DNA of 64,000 bases. Source: Thermodesulfobacteriota bacterium (GTDB lineage: Bacteria; Desulfobacterota_D; UBA1144; Nemesobacterales; Nemesobacteraceae). Below, in pieces: positions 9,633-19,460 of this stretch (position 1 is its first letter; each line of letters starts with the position of its first letter). Both the position numbers and the translations under genes were made by a program. The stretch covers positions 9,329 to 73,328 of the forward strand of contig OZ252213.1 in assembly GCA_965249045.1 (NCBI GenBank), given 5' to 3'. The notes beneath the pieces are model-generated. The model made no database searches, had not been told where the DNA came from, and worked only from the letters and a program-made list of their open reading frames with translations.

Positions 9633-10826
9633 ATGAGACTTTCAGAAAGGGTCAGCAACCTAAAACCGTCAGCCACGCTTACGATAACGGCAAAAGCGAA
9701 GTCTCTTCGCGCTCAGGGAGTCGATATCATAGGGTTCGGAGCCGGAGAACCCGACTTCGACACTCCCGAGCACGTGAAAAAAGAGGGCGTAGCCGCGATT
9801 AAAAGCGGCTTTACGAAATATACCGCCGTGGGTGGAATCGATGAACTCAAAGACGCGATAGCGGCGTCTTTGAAAAAAGATCACGGCATTGAGTACTCAA
9901 GGGATGAAATACTGGTTTCCTGCGGAGCGAAACACTCGACATACAACATTACTCAGGCGCTTTTCGAACCTGGAGACGAAGTCATAATTCCCGCCCCCTA
10001 CTGGGTTTCCTATCCCGAACAAGTGGCACTAACAGGCGCAACCCCGGTAATCATAGACACAGACGAGCAAGGACTTTTCAAGATCACCCCGAAGCAGCTT
10101 GAAGCGGAAATAAATGAACGGACACGCGCCCTTATTCTCAACTATCCTTCAAATCCCACGGGAACCACGTATTCGCGGGGGGAGCTTGAGGAAATAGTCA
10201 AAGTCGCCCTTGATGCCGGTCTGATCATAATCTCAGATGAGATATACGAAAAAATAATCTATGGAGAAACTGAGCACGTATCAGTTTGCTCTCTTGGCGA
10301 CAAAGCGAAAAAATCTACCATCCTCGTAAACGGAGTATCTAAATCCTACTCAATGACCGGGTGGCGTATAGGATACGCGGCGGGAGATAAACGAGTGATA
10401 AGCGCGATGGCGAAGCTTCAGGGCCAGTCAACCTCAAACCCTTCGTCGATCTCGCAGATGGCCGCCATTGAGGCGCTTTGCGGACCGCAGGATCTGCTTA
10501 ACAAAAGGGCAGGGGAATTTGAGAGAAGGAAAAATTTCATAGTAAGAAGGCTAAATGAAATCCCGGGATTTACGTGCTTTGACCCCATGGGAGCGTTCTA
10601 CGTGTTTCCGAGCATAAGTGGTTTCGTTGGAAAAATATACGGAGACAAGAAGATTGACGGATCTGTTTCCTTTACCGAATTCTTGCTTGAAGAAGCGAAA
10701 GTGGCCGTCGTGCCGGGTATAGCCTTTGGAAAGGAAAACCATCTCAGGATATCTTACGCGACATCCATGGAGAACATAGAAGAGGGCCTGAACAGAGTCG
10801 AAGAGGCGGTAAAAACCCTGCTCTGA
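9633..10826 (+). CDS. Aspartate/aromatic aminotransferase (class I, PLP-dependent)
   Basis: 397 aa with fold-type I aminotransferase pattern and a candidate PLP-lysine region (SKSYSMTGWRIGY). GGAGGA RBS at 9618-9623. Confidence 0.85.
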   Translation: MRLSERVSNLKPSATLTITAKAKSLRAQGVDIIGFGAGEPDFDTPEHVKKEGVAAIKSGFTKYTAVGGIDELKDAIAASLKKDHGIEYSRDEILVSCGAKHSTYNITQALFEPGDEVIIPAPYWVSYPEQVALTGATPVIIDTDEQGLFKITPKQLEAEINERTRALILNYPSNPTGTTYSRGELEEIVKVALDAGLIIISDEIYEKIIYGETEHVSVCSLGDKAKKSTILVNGVSKSYSMTGWRIGYAAGDKRVISAMAKLQGQSTSNPSSISQMAAIEALCGPQDLLNKRAGEFERRKNFIVRRLNEIPGFTCFDPMGAFYVFPSISGFVGKIYGDKKIDGSVSFTEFLLEEAKVAVVPGIAFGKENHLRISYATSMENIEEGLNRVEEAVKTLL

Positions 10827-10885
10827 TTCCAAACAGAAGGAACCCTTAAAAAAAAGTCGGCAGAATTTCTTAACCTTCAGCTTGG

Positions 10886-10906
10886 GTGATCTCAGCCCCC
10901 CCCCCC
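10886..10906. repeat. Homopolymeric tract C11-T10
   Basis: Read directly. Lies in the convergent intergenic region between the aminotransferase gene and a small secreted-protein gene. Confidence 0.9.
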
Positions 10907-10942
10907 TTTTTTTTTTGTCCGCTTTAAAGGCAAACCGTTTGT

Positions 10943-11302
10943 TCATCGACTGCCCTTCCCCATCCTGCCATTCACCACGCCACCCCAGTAGCATGTCCGA
11001 ACGTATCCCTTTCCGATACACCTCTCGCCGGTGCCAAAGTTATAATAATATCCCGTTGCGCTATCGTAAGACCAAGGACTGTAATCGGTATTGTAACCTC
11101 TCATATCTCCGTCCGGTTCAATAGTTGCATTCCAGTACTTTCCTGTCCTCGTATCAAAGCCATGAAAGTTCGTATTACCTTTAGAATCGGTATTCCAATA
11201 GTAGCTGTCTCCAGAAAACCAGTCGTGGCCTGCCCCGCTTTGGGCATAAGCAGGAAAAGAAAATGCGGTCAGCGACATCAGCAATAACAGCAAGAACTTC
11301 AT
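10943..11302 (-). CDS. Small secreted protein, Tyr/Trp/Gly-rich, unknown function
   Basis: Signal peptide MKFLLLLLMSLTAFSFPAYA|QSG. Mature part rich in Y, W, G, N, D. No recognisable domain. Confidence 0.55.
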   Translation of the reverse strand: MKFLLLLLMSLTAFSFPAYAQSGAGHDWFSGDSYYWNTDSKGNTNFHGFDTRTGKYWNATIEPDGDMRGYNTDYSPWSYDSATGYYYNFGTGERCIGKGYVRTCYWGGVVNGRMGKGSR

Positions 11303-12039
11303 TCTGCTAAAATAACAGGTTTTGAGCGTGCCCGCAAAAATCCACCCGACAATGAAAAACCAACCCCTATAAATAAGCTCCCGAACTACTTTCAGCGGTT
11401 TTCCAGAGCATTGTTTAGCGGAAACCAGGATTTACGACCAGTTGTTTTTGAAACTCTTGCCGCATAGACGTTGTGATTATCCCTAAGCTTGTCTTTGTGA
11501 GGGATAATCTGTACCATTTTTATGTTGAGGTGAGGGGGTATGGGCAGGGAACTCTGTCAACTTTTATAGTTTAAGAGTTCATTTTGCCCAATTTGAAAGA
11601 TGACTTTGCCACATTCCCATCTCTCGTAATCCCCCGTCGTTATTGAGTATTTCCGGTGAAATCGAGCTGACCGAGGCCCAAAATGCGGTTAGCGATTTTC
11701 AAGCGGTCGTGATATTAAATTGCCCGGAAAATCAGAGGAAACCCCCGAAAAAATACAATAATAGCAAGGGATTAAGCAAAAATAACACGAGCGCTATATA
11801 ATCGCTAGTTTTGTTTTAAAGGGACATCTTCCGTGTTTGGGTTGAAAAGGGACAGACACACAAAAAAGGCAAGCAATGCAAGGAGTTATAAAGGGACACA
11901 AAAACTATCAAGAACTCCTCAAGTCGGTTTTGAAAGGTTTTAAAGAGACATTCTAGGTAGTTTTCAAAAATTAAGCTGGTTACTTAGTTTTCTTTTCGGG
12001 TAACCGTGTTAGAATGGTCGGCGATAGAGGTGTAGGATT

Positions 12040-12435
12040 ATGAAGATTGAGATATTAGCTGGGGACTGGAAGCTTGCGGCTGTCAATGAAGGGGTGTTGA
12101 GGATGGTAGATTCAGGGGGGAAAGTAAAGCGGTTTACGGAAATAAAAAGCTTGGAAGTTGCAACAGAGGAAGCCAAGCGGGAATGGAAAAAGAAGATAGG
12201 TTGGGGAATTGGTGTTGGCTTGGTAACGTTCGGAGTTGGGGGGCTTGTAACGGCGTTGCTAGTTGGTAATAAAAAGTTTGTGGAATTCTTTTGTGAGTTA
12301 CCCGATGGCAAGGGGGAATTTATGGGGAAAACAGAGCGGAAAGGGTATCTGGAGCTAATGGAACTTTACCCCGAAACTGCAGGGAGCTCCGCGACAACTG
12401 CCGGCAAGGGGAAAAAGCCGGTTTGGGAAAAATAA
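12040..12435 (+). CDS. Hypothetical protein with one central TM segment
   Basis: Good SD (GAGGTG, 7 nt spacing). Hydrophobic Gly-zipper-like segment IGWGIGVGLVTFGVGGLVTALLVG. No family recognised. Confidence 0.45.
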   Translation: MKIEILAGDWKLAAVNEGVLRMVDSGGKVKRFTEIKSLEVATEEAKREWKKKIGWGIGVGLVTFGVGGLVTALLVGNKKFVEFFCELPDGKGEFMGKTERKGYLELMELYPETAGSSATTAGKGKKPVWEK

Positions 12436-12696
12436 AAGAGGCAGAGACCTTACGACAATAGCTCGACAATAATTAGCGCGAGAGCAATAGGACCTGCAAT
12501 ATACCACTTCATCATCTCTATGCTCTTTTTCATGCCTGCCACATTGTAAGTGAGAGAACGAAGACTCTCTGTGAGGTCGGATATTGACATCACCTCCCTG
12601 TCAAGCACGGCTTCTATATCTTCCCCGTCGAGCGAAGTCTTCCCCTGATATGGGCCGGAATAGATTTTTTGTACAACTTTCCTTTATAATTTCCCA

Positions 12697-13815
12697 ATGA
12701 AGTCTTTTAAGATCGGCCTTTCCGCAACGCTTTCCGGACGCCACGCTGTTCAGGGCAAAGAAAGCCTTAAAGGAATAAAGCTTTTTACCGAGCACCTGCG
12801 TGAACGGGGCGGAATAAAAACGCCGGATGGAAAGCTCTTGCTGCCGGAACTTGTCTTCTACGACGACGCGAGTGTTCCGGAGAAAACAAGGGAAAACACC
12901 CTTCGCTTAATAGAAAAAGACAGGGTAGACATACTGCTCGGACCATACTCAAGCAGCCTCACGCTTGCCTGCGTTGAGACCGCCGAAAAAGCTCAAAGAG
13001 TAGTGTGGAACTACGGCGGATCACTTGACGACATTCCCGCCCGCGCCCGAGGGAAGACGGTAAACGCCATAACCGAGGCATCTTCCTACTTCCAGGCTGT
13101 GGTAGACATGATCCATAGCTGCTATGCCGAGACGGCCGAAATCGCCGTTTTGCGCCTCGAGGAAAGCCGGTTTTCTCAGACAGTGAGCGAAGGAGCAATG
13201 CTTCGCGCCGAAGAATTGGGGATGTCGGCGGCCGTTTATGACTTTCCCTCCGCCACAGAAGATTTCTCCTTTATACTAGCCCGCGCAAAAAACCGGGGCG
13301 CTTGCTGCGTACTTTGCTGCGGGGGAATGGAAGACGATATAAATCTCGCCATATGGATATCGAAAAACTCCGCTCACGGATTCGGGGTAGTGGCAACGCT
13401 TGCGGCCGCTGTAAACGAGTTTGTAAAACGTCTCGGGCGGGAGGCCGACGGTTTTGTCTCGACAAGCCAATGGGAACCGACGCTTTCTGTATCCGTGGAT
13501 TTCGGTCCGAGTCCAAAGGAATTTTCAGACAAGTTCGCCAGCGCCTACGGGTACGTTCCCGACTACACCGCCGCACAGTCATACAACATGGGGCTTATAA
13601 TCGAAAAGCTGATCGAGAAGACAGGGGGCACAGACGAACAGGCGCTTCTTCGCGAAGCCCTGCGCTCTGAGTTTACGACTTTTTACGGAGGTTTCCGTAT
13701 CGATCCCGGCACCCTCCGCCAGACAGGACACCGGATGTTGGTAACCCAGTGGCAAGGCGGGGAGAAAAAAATAGTTTTTCCGCAAGAGTATTCGAATTCC
13801 CGACTGATAGCCTGA
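12697..13815 (+). CDS. LivK/Peripla_BP_6-like ligand-binding protein lacking a signal peptide
   Basis: IKIGLSATLSGRHAVQGKESLKGIKLF... matches the N-terminal signature of branched-chain amino-acid-type periplasmic binding proteins. No upstream in-frame start and no signal peptide. TATAAT at 12685-12690 sits 6 nt before the ATG, which suggests a leaderless mRNA. Confidence 0.65.
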   Translation: MKSFKIGLSATLSGRHAVQGKESLKGIKLFTEHLRERGGIKTPDGKLLLPELVFYDDASVPEKTRENTLRLIEKDRVDILLGPYSSSLTLACVETAEKAQRVVWNYGGSLDDIPARARGKTVNAITEASSYFQAVVDMIHSCYAETAEIAVLRLEESRFSQTVSEGAMLRAEELGMSAAVYDFPSATEDFSFILARAKNRGACCVLCCGGMEDDINLAIWISKNSAHGFGVVATLAAAVNEFVKRLGREADGFVSTSQWEPTLSVSVDFGPSPKEFSDKFASAYGYVPDYTAAQSYNMGLIIEKLIEKTGGTDEQALLREALRSEFTTFYGGFRIDPGTLRQTGHRMLVTQWQGGEKKIVFPQEYSNSRLIA

Positions 13816-13819
13816 GGGG

Positions 13820-13895
<76 letters not shown>

Positions 13896-13959
13896 GCGCA
13901 AAACAGGAGTATAAATCTAGTTTCAAGGCAAGTGTATGTCAAACCCGAAAGAAATTCGG

Positions 13960-14036
<77 letters not shown>

Positions 14037-14055
14037 ACAAAAAACAAGAGTACCT

Positions 14056-14083
14056 AGTCTATTTCAGGAAACATGACTGTCAA
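14056..14083 (-). promoter_or_regulatory. Putative sigma70 promoter of the tRNA-Ala pair
   Basis: On the minus strand: TTGACA, 16 nt spacer, TAGACT, ending 19 nt before the tRNA 5' end. Confidence 0.35.
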
Positions 14084-14174
14084 ACCCTCCGCGCCGAAAC
14101 AGCGCTTCCACTGTATTGTGGAACGGATTATGTATAATTCCCTTTTTATGCGTTAAAAGAAAGGAGATTGCCGG

Positions 14175-15476
14175 ATGAATTCCGTAAATATAGGCCTTAT
14201 AGGCGCCGGAACCATAGGTTGCGGCGTTTATAAAACGATAAGCGAAAACACAGACATAATAGAAAAAAGAACCGGGATAAAGCTCAACATTAAAAAAGTA
14301 GCCGACCTCGACATAAAGAGAAAACGCCCGGTCAAAATCCCGAAAAAGCTTTTTACCACCGATGCACGGGAACTCATAAACGACGAGAGCATCTCGATAA
14401 TAATCGAGCTTATAGGCGGAACCACAGCGGCGCGCGAACTGGTTTTGGGTGCGATACGGAGCGGAAAAAACGTCGTAACCGCGAACAAGGCCCTTTTGGC
14501 TCACCACGGGGACGAAATTTTCAGGGAGGCAACCGCAAACGGGGTTCACGTGGCTTTTGAAGCGAGCGTGGGAGGAGGAATACCGGTAATCAAGGCGACT
14601 CATGAGAGCTACGTGGCGAACAACATTCTCTCCATACACGGAATAATGAACGGGACGTGTAACTACATACTTCACAACATGTCGGAGCAGAAAAAAGGAT
14701 TCGACGAAATGCTGCAGAGCGCCCAGAAGGAGGGATATGCAGAAGCCGATCCTTCGTTTGACATAGACGGCATCGACGCCGCCCACAAACTATCGATCCT
14801 GATAATGCTTGCCTACGGATTCTTTCCGAAATTCGACGACATATACGTTGAGGGAATAAGGAATGTCTCCTCGACCGACATAAACTTCACCGAGCAACTC
14901 GGCTACAGAATCAAGCTGCTTGCCATCGCCAAGCTCACCGATGCGGGCATACAGGCGGGAGTTTATCCGGCCCTTATAAGAAAAAATACTCAGCTTGCTG
15001 ACGTAAAAGACGCGTTTAACGCAATTCATATAGTGGGAGACAAGGTAGGTCCGACAATGCTCTATGGAATGGGAGCCGGAATGCTCCCGACCGCAAGCGC
15101 CGTCGTGGGCGACCTGGTTTCAATCGCAAAAACTGTCCAAAACGGCTCGCAGCCGGCTCCGCCCATGCTTTATTCCGAGGACGCCGGGCACAGGACTATT
15201 ATTGGCACAGACCGTCTTACGGGGCGCTACTACCTGAGATTTCAGGTTGAAGACAAACCTGGCACTCTCGGAAAAATAACCACAGTTCTCGGGAAGTGCG
15301 GAATAAGCATAGAGTCCATAATACAGCGGACAAGAGAAACAAACGGCGGGGAGGTTCCCATCATAATAATGACCCATGAATCGAGTGAAAAAAACCTCCG
15401 AAAAGCGCTTGAGAGCATAAAAAAATCCATGACATCCGTCGCCGATGCGATTTTCCTGAGGATTGAAGAGATATGA
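14175..15476 (+). CDS. hom: Homoserine dehydrogenase with C-terminal ACT domain
   Basis: N-terminal NAD(P) motif IGLIGAGTIGCGV, a central catalytic domain, and a C-terminal ACT domain. Overlaps the ntrB start by 4 nt. Confidence 0.9.
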   Translation: MNSVNIGLIGAGTIGCGVYKTISENTDIIEKRTGIKLNIKKVADLDIKRKRPVKIPKKLFTTDARELINDESISIIIELIGGTTAARELVLGAIRSGKNVVTANKALLAHHGDEIFREATANGVHVAFEASVGGGIPVIKATHESYVANNILSIHGIMNGTCNYILHNMSEQKKGFDEMLQSAQKEGYAEADPSFDIDGIDAAHKLSILIMLAYGFFPKFDDIYVEGIRNVSSTDINFTEQLGYRIKLLAIAKLTDAGIQAGVYPALIRKNTQLADVKDAFNAIHIVGDKVGPTMLYGMGAGMLPTASAVVGDLVSIAKTVQNGSQPAPPMLYSEDAGHRTIIGTDRLTGRYYLRFQVEDKPGTLGKITTVLGKCGISIESIIQRTRETNGGEVPIIIMTHESSEKNLRKALESIKKSMTSVADAIFLRIEEI

Positions 15477-16573
15477 GAGAAGGAGCGGCGGCAACCGTGA
15501 GAAGAATGGCTGCGGATATAGAATTGCAGGAACATCCGATGTTCTACAAGAATCTTCTGGATTCGCTTCCCGAGGGAGTAATAGTAGCTGACAGGGACCT
15601 CAACATAATCTCCGTGAACGAGCCGTCTGAAACCATACTCAATATCTCAAGACGCAAGACCGTGGGAAACCATATCTCCAGATTTCTGCCGGAAGAAATA
15701 ACCAACCTCTGCAGCAGAGCCGTAAAGGAAGAAAGAGTCGTGCAGGAAAACGACCTGCTCTTCAGCATATCCAAAGACTCGTCAATCAATGTGGAATGCA
15801 CGGCATCTCCAATACACGGGAACGACGGCAGAATGAACGGACTCGTAATCCAGATAAGAAACACGGAAAAGATGAACATGATGTCCATCATTAGCAGAAA
15901 CTGCAGCCTTGAAGAAAATTACGAAACCCTGGTAAGAGGGCTTGCGCACGAAATCAGAAATCCTCTGAGCGGCATAAGGGGAGCGGCGCAGCTTCTAAAC
16001 GGAACACTGTCGAAAACGGAGAAAAGCCGGTGTTCGAAGATAATAATAAAGGAAGTGGAAAGACTGAAAGATCTGGTCGATAGACTCGTGAAACCGTCAT
16101 CGGTTTCAACGCAGCATCTAATGTCGGTGGATATAAATGAAATTCTAATTGACATAATATTCCTCGAATCGAATCTTAATAAAAACATCAAATTCAAGCA
16201 CAAGCTCGACATTACCATTCCTCCCGTACCAGGCGACTATAACTCCCTGAAACAGGTGTTCATAAACATCATCCAGAATGCGGTGAGTTCGATCAAGGGC
16301 AACGGGCAGATAACGGTCAGCACCAAGTGGGTCACGGATTACAAGATACGCAATAAACACACGGTCTTGATCTCCGTAAAGGACAACGGAACCGGCATAC
16401 AGAAAAAAGACCTGAAAAAAATATTCACCCCGTTTTTTTCGGGCAAAAAGAAAGGAACAGGGCTTGGTCTTTTTATATCAAGCCAGGTAGTAGCTAAATA
16501 CGGAGGAATAATTAGGGCGGAGAGTGCGGAGGGAAAGGGCTCCGAATTCAAGATACAGCTCCCGGCAAGCTAA
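15473..16573 (+). CDS. ntrB: Nitrogen regulation sensor histidine kinase NtrB (NRII), soluble PAS-HisKA-HATPase
   Basis: H-box RGLAHEIRNPLSGIRGAAQLL is near-identical to the E. coli NtrB H-box. G-box GTGLGL. No TM segments. Confidence 0.8.
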   Translation: MREGAAATVRRMAADIELQEHPMFYKNLLDSLPEGVIVADRDLNIISVNEPSETILNISRRKTVGNHISRFLPEEITNLCSRAVKEERVVQENDLLFSISKDSSINVECTASPIHGNDGRMNGLVIQIRNTEKMNMMSIISRNCSLEENYETLVRGLAHEIRNPLSGIRGAAQLLNGTLSKTEKSRCSKIIIKEVERLKDLVDRLVKPSSVSTQHLMSVDINEILIDIIFLESNLNKNIKFKHKLDITIPPVPGDYNSLKQVFINIIQNAVSSIKGNGQITVSTKWVTDYKIRNKHTVLISVKDNGTGIQKKDLKKIFTPFFSGKKKGTGLGLFISSQVVAKYGGIIRAESAEGKGSEFKIQLPAS

Positions 16574-16644
16574 TAATTATCTGCCCCTTTCCAGCCTGGG
16601 AAAAACAACGTGACGCGCGACACACTGTCTAGAGAAACCAGATC

Positions 16645-18060
16645 ATGAAGAACCGTATCTTAATAGCCGACGACGAAGAAGACATCAGGTGGATACTCGA
16701 GACATCTCTTAAGAAGTCGGGATTTGAAGTTGAGTGTGCCGAAAATGGAGAGGATGCCGTGCGAAAAGCCTGCGAGGAAGCGTACTCCCTGATTCTTCTT
16801 GACATAAACATGCCGGATATGAACGGGTTTGAGGTTCTCACCCAGCTTAGAAACAGGAAAATTGACTCACCCATAATATTCATTACCGCGCAGAACACTG
16901 TCAGTAACGCCATAGGTTCAATGCAGCTCGGCGCCTATGATTACCTGACCAAGCCGTTTGACCTTGAAGAGGTAAAACTCTTTGCCGAGCGGGCAATAAA
17001 AAACTACGTTGCCGGAAGAAAAATAAGACTGTCTGAAGATTCCGAGGAGAATATCTCGTTTGAAGAAATAGTCGGCAGTTCGCCCGACATGCTGAACGTA
17101 TACAAGCTTATCGGTCGTACCGCCTCCAAGAACATCACCGTTCTGATAACAGGAGAAAGCGGTACAGGAAAAGAACTTATCGCAAGAGCTATCCATTATA
17201 ACAGTCCGAGAAGAAAAAAAAGCCTGGTATCCGTAAACATATCCGCGATTCCCAAGGAACTTATCGAAAGCGAACTGTTCGGATACGAAAAAGGGGCGTT
17301 TACAGGCGCCGCCGCATTGAAGAAGGGAAGATTCGAGGAAGCTGACGGCGGAACCCTTCACATAGACGAAATAGGCGACCTTTCAACAGACCTGCAGTCA
17401 AAGCTCCTAAGAGCTATCGAGGAGAAGCAGATCTACCGACTCGGCAGCGAAAAACCGGTCTCTGTTGACCCGAGAATAATCGCGAGCACGAATAAAAACT
17501 TAAAAGATGCCGTCAGGGGAGGTTCTTTCAGAGAGGATCTGTTCTACAGACTTAACGTCATAAGCGTAAACCTCCCCCCTCTCAGAAAGAGAAAAGAGGA
17601 CATAAGCGAACTGTTGAGACATTTTCTGAAGAAACATTCTGCGGAATTTGGCACTGAGAAGAAGGTCTTCTCTCGTGAAGCGGAGCAATTGCTGATTACC
17701 CACAACTGGCCCGGAAACGTAAGAGAACTTGAAAACACCATAAAACGTCTTCTGGTTTTAAGTCCCGACAGTATAATAAGCGCGGAGGAGACGAAAGAAG
17801 CCATCGATTCGCAAACCGGTTACGGGGAAACAGAAGTGACGGAGAGGAAGACTGAAGAACTTGTACGCATGATGGTAGAAAATTCGGACTTCTCCATGCA
17901 GAAAGTTCACGAGCAGGTAATCGGCAAAGTTGAAAAACAGTTAATCGAAACCATTCTCGCAAAGACTGACGGAAACATGAAACAGGCGGCAACGATACTG
18001 GGAATAAACAGAAACACCCTGTCAAAAAAGATAAATGATCTAGGGATAGAAAAGAGTTGA
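16645..18060 (+). CDS. ntrC: Sigma-54-dependent response regulator NtrC (NRI)
   Basis: REC domain ([11 protein letters not shown]...[12 protein letters not shown]...KPFDLEEV), AAA+ sigma54-activator domain ([14 protein letters not shown]), C-terminal HTH. Confidence 0.85.
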   Translation: MKNRILIADDEEDIRWILETSLKKSGFEVECAENGEDAVRKACEEAYSLILLDINMPDMNGFEVLTQLRNRKIDSPIIFITAQNTVSNAIGSMQLGAYDYLTKPFDLEEVKLFAERAIKNYVAGRKIRLSEDSEENISFEEIVGSSPDMLNVYKLIGRTASKNITVLITGESGTGKELIARAIHYNSPRRKKSLVSVNISAIPKELIESELFGYEKGAFTGAAALKKGRFEEADGGTLHIDEIGDLSTDLQSKLLRAIEEKQIYRLGSEKPVSVDPRIIASTNKNLKDAVRGGSFREDLFYRLNVISVNLPPLRKRKEDISELLRHFLKKHSAEFGTEKKVFSREAEQLLITHNWPGNVRELENTIKRLLVLSPDSIISAEETKEAIDSQTGYGETEVTERKTEELVRMMVENSDFSMQKVHEQVIGKVEKQLIETILAKTDGNMKQAATILGINRNTLSKKINDLGIEKS

Positions 18061-18063
18061 AGC

Positions 18064-18720
18064 TTAATAACCAAGCTTTCTGAGCGCATCACGGGCCGCA
18101 GACTGCTCAGACTGCCTTTTACTCCTGCCCTTGCCCATGCCCTTCAGGTCGGAATGAACTCTGACCTCTACGGTGAAAGTCGTTTCATGCGGAGGGCCTT
18201 CTTCGCTTAGAACCCTGTACTCCGGCATCCGTCCGAAGGTGCTCTGGGAAACTTCCTGAAGTTCCGTTTTGCTGTCGCGGGGGAAATTGTTTTCTTCGAT
18301 AGCGTCTTGAAACAGTCGAGAGATCACCTCGAAAGTCTTCTCGTAGCCCGCATCAAGATACAACGCCCCTATAAGCGCCTCAAAAGCGTTTGCGTTGTTT
18401 GACTCCCTTTTCCTTCCCCCGGTACTTTCCTCGCCTTTTCCAAGCCTCATCTGTTTTCCCAGACCAAGCGCATCGGCATATTTTGCAAAATTCGCACCGC
18501 TTACCACGCGACTTCTGATCTTGGAGAGATCGCCCTCGGTGCATGAAGGGTACTTTTCGTAAAGCAGCACGCTTACCACGCATCCCAGCAGCGCGTCTCC
18601 GAGAAACTCGAGTCTCTCGTTGCTAGGGCATGAGAACTCGTTTGAGTATGAACTGTGGGTAAGCGCCGTCTCAAGAAGAGAAAGATCTTTGAACTTGTAA
18701 CCAAGTTTCCGGTGAGTCAT
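18064..18720 (-). CDS. rnc: Ribonuclease III
   Basis: RNase III signature ERLEFLGDA plus a C-terminal dsRBD. Sits between the ntrBC and glnBA units on the opposite strand. Confidence 0.9.
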   Translation of the reverse strand: MTHRKLGYKFKDLSLLETALTHSSYSNEFSCPSNERLEFLGDALLGCVVSVLLYEKYPSCTEGDLSKIRSRVVSGANFAKYADALGLGKQMRLGKGEESTGGRKRESNNANAFEALIGALYLDAGYEKTFEVISRLFQDAIEENNFPRDSKTELQEVSQSTFGRMPEYRVLSEEGPPHETTFTVEVRVHSDLKGMGKGRSKRQSEQSAARDALRKLGY

Positions 18721-19005
18721 TGGGAAAAAATATCATTAACAACATTCAAAATCAATTTTGCCGCCCGAGTGTTCAAATTTTAAGATTTTATGCACAATAA
18801 ACGTGCACCCTCGGAAAAATACAAAATGCCACTTGAGGAAAAAAGAGATTTTTTTGCAAACAAGAATATAAATCGCGTCGCTTCTGAATCCTAGGAATAT
18901 TCAATGATAGAAGTTAATTGCAAAACAAAAAACTTCCCCTTCGCAAAAGAAACAGTTATTTTATACGCCGGTTTAAAGAACCAGTTCACTTCAAAACGAA
19001 ACAAA

Positions 19006-19021
19006 TGGTATATTTCTTGAT
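19006..19021 (+). promoter_or_regulatory. Candidate sigma-54 (-24/-12) element upstream of glnB
   Basis: TGGTAT-N5-CTTGA resembles TGGCAC-N5-TTGC(A/T) (GG at -24, G at -12; GA instead of GC). About 45 nt upstream of the glnB ATG and next to ntrC. Confidence 0.25.
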
Positions 19022-19051
19022 ACTTTAATGTAGCTGAATAAATATGCTTAG

Positions 19052-19405
<354 letters not shown>

Positions 19406-19460
19406 TTAGCGCCCGTACCAAAGAACTTCTCTCTGGGAACAACAGCATTAAGGAGGATAA

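Noticed and set aside
11818-11950. AAAGGGACA repeats considered as a CRISPR array
   Set aside because: Only 9-nt repeats with irregular spacing (28, 44, 52 nt), no cas genes, and a degenerate fourth copy. Not a CRISPR array; treated instead as a candidate RNA motif.
14064-14786. 240-aa ORF on the minus strand
   Set aside because: Entirely antisense to the well-supported hom gene. Composition is odd (many Y/F/R) and it has no start context. A frame artefact.
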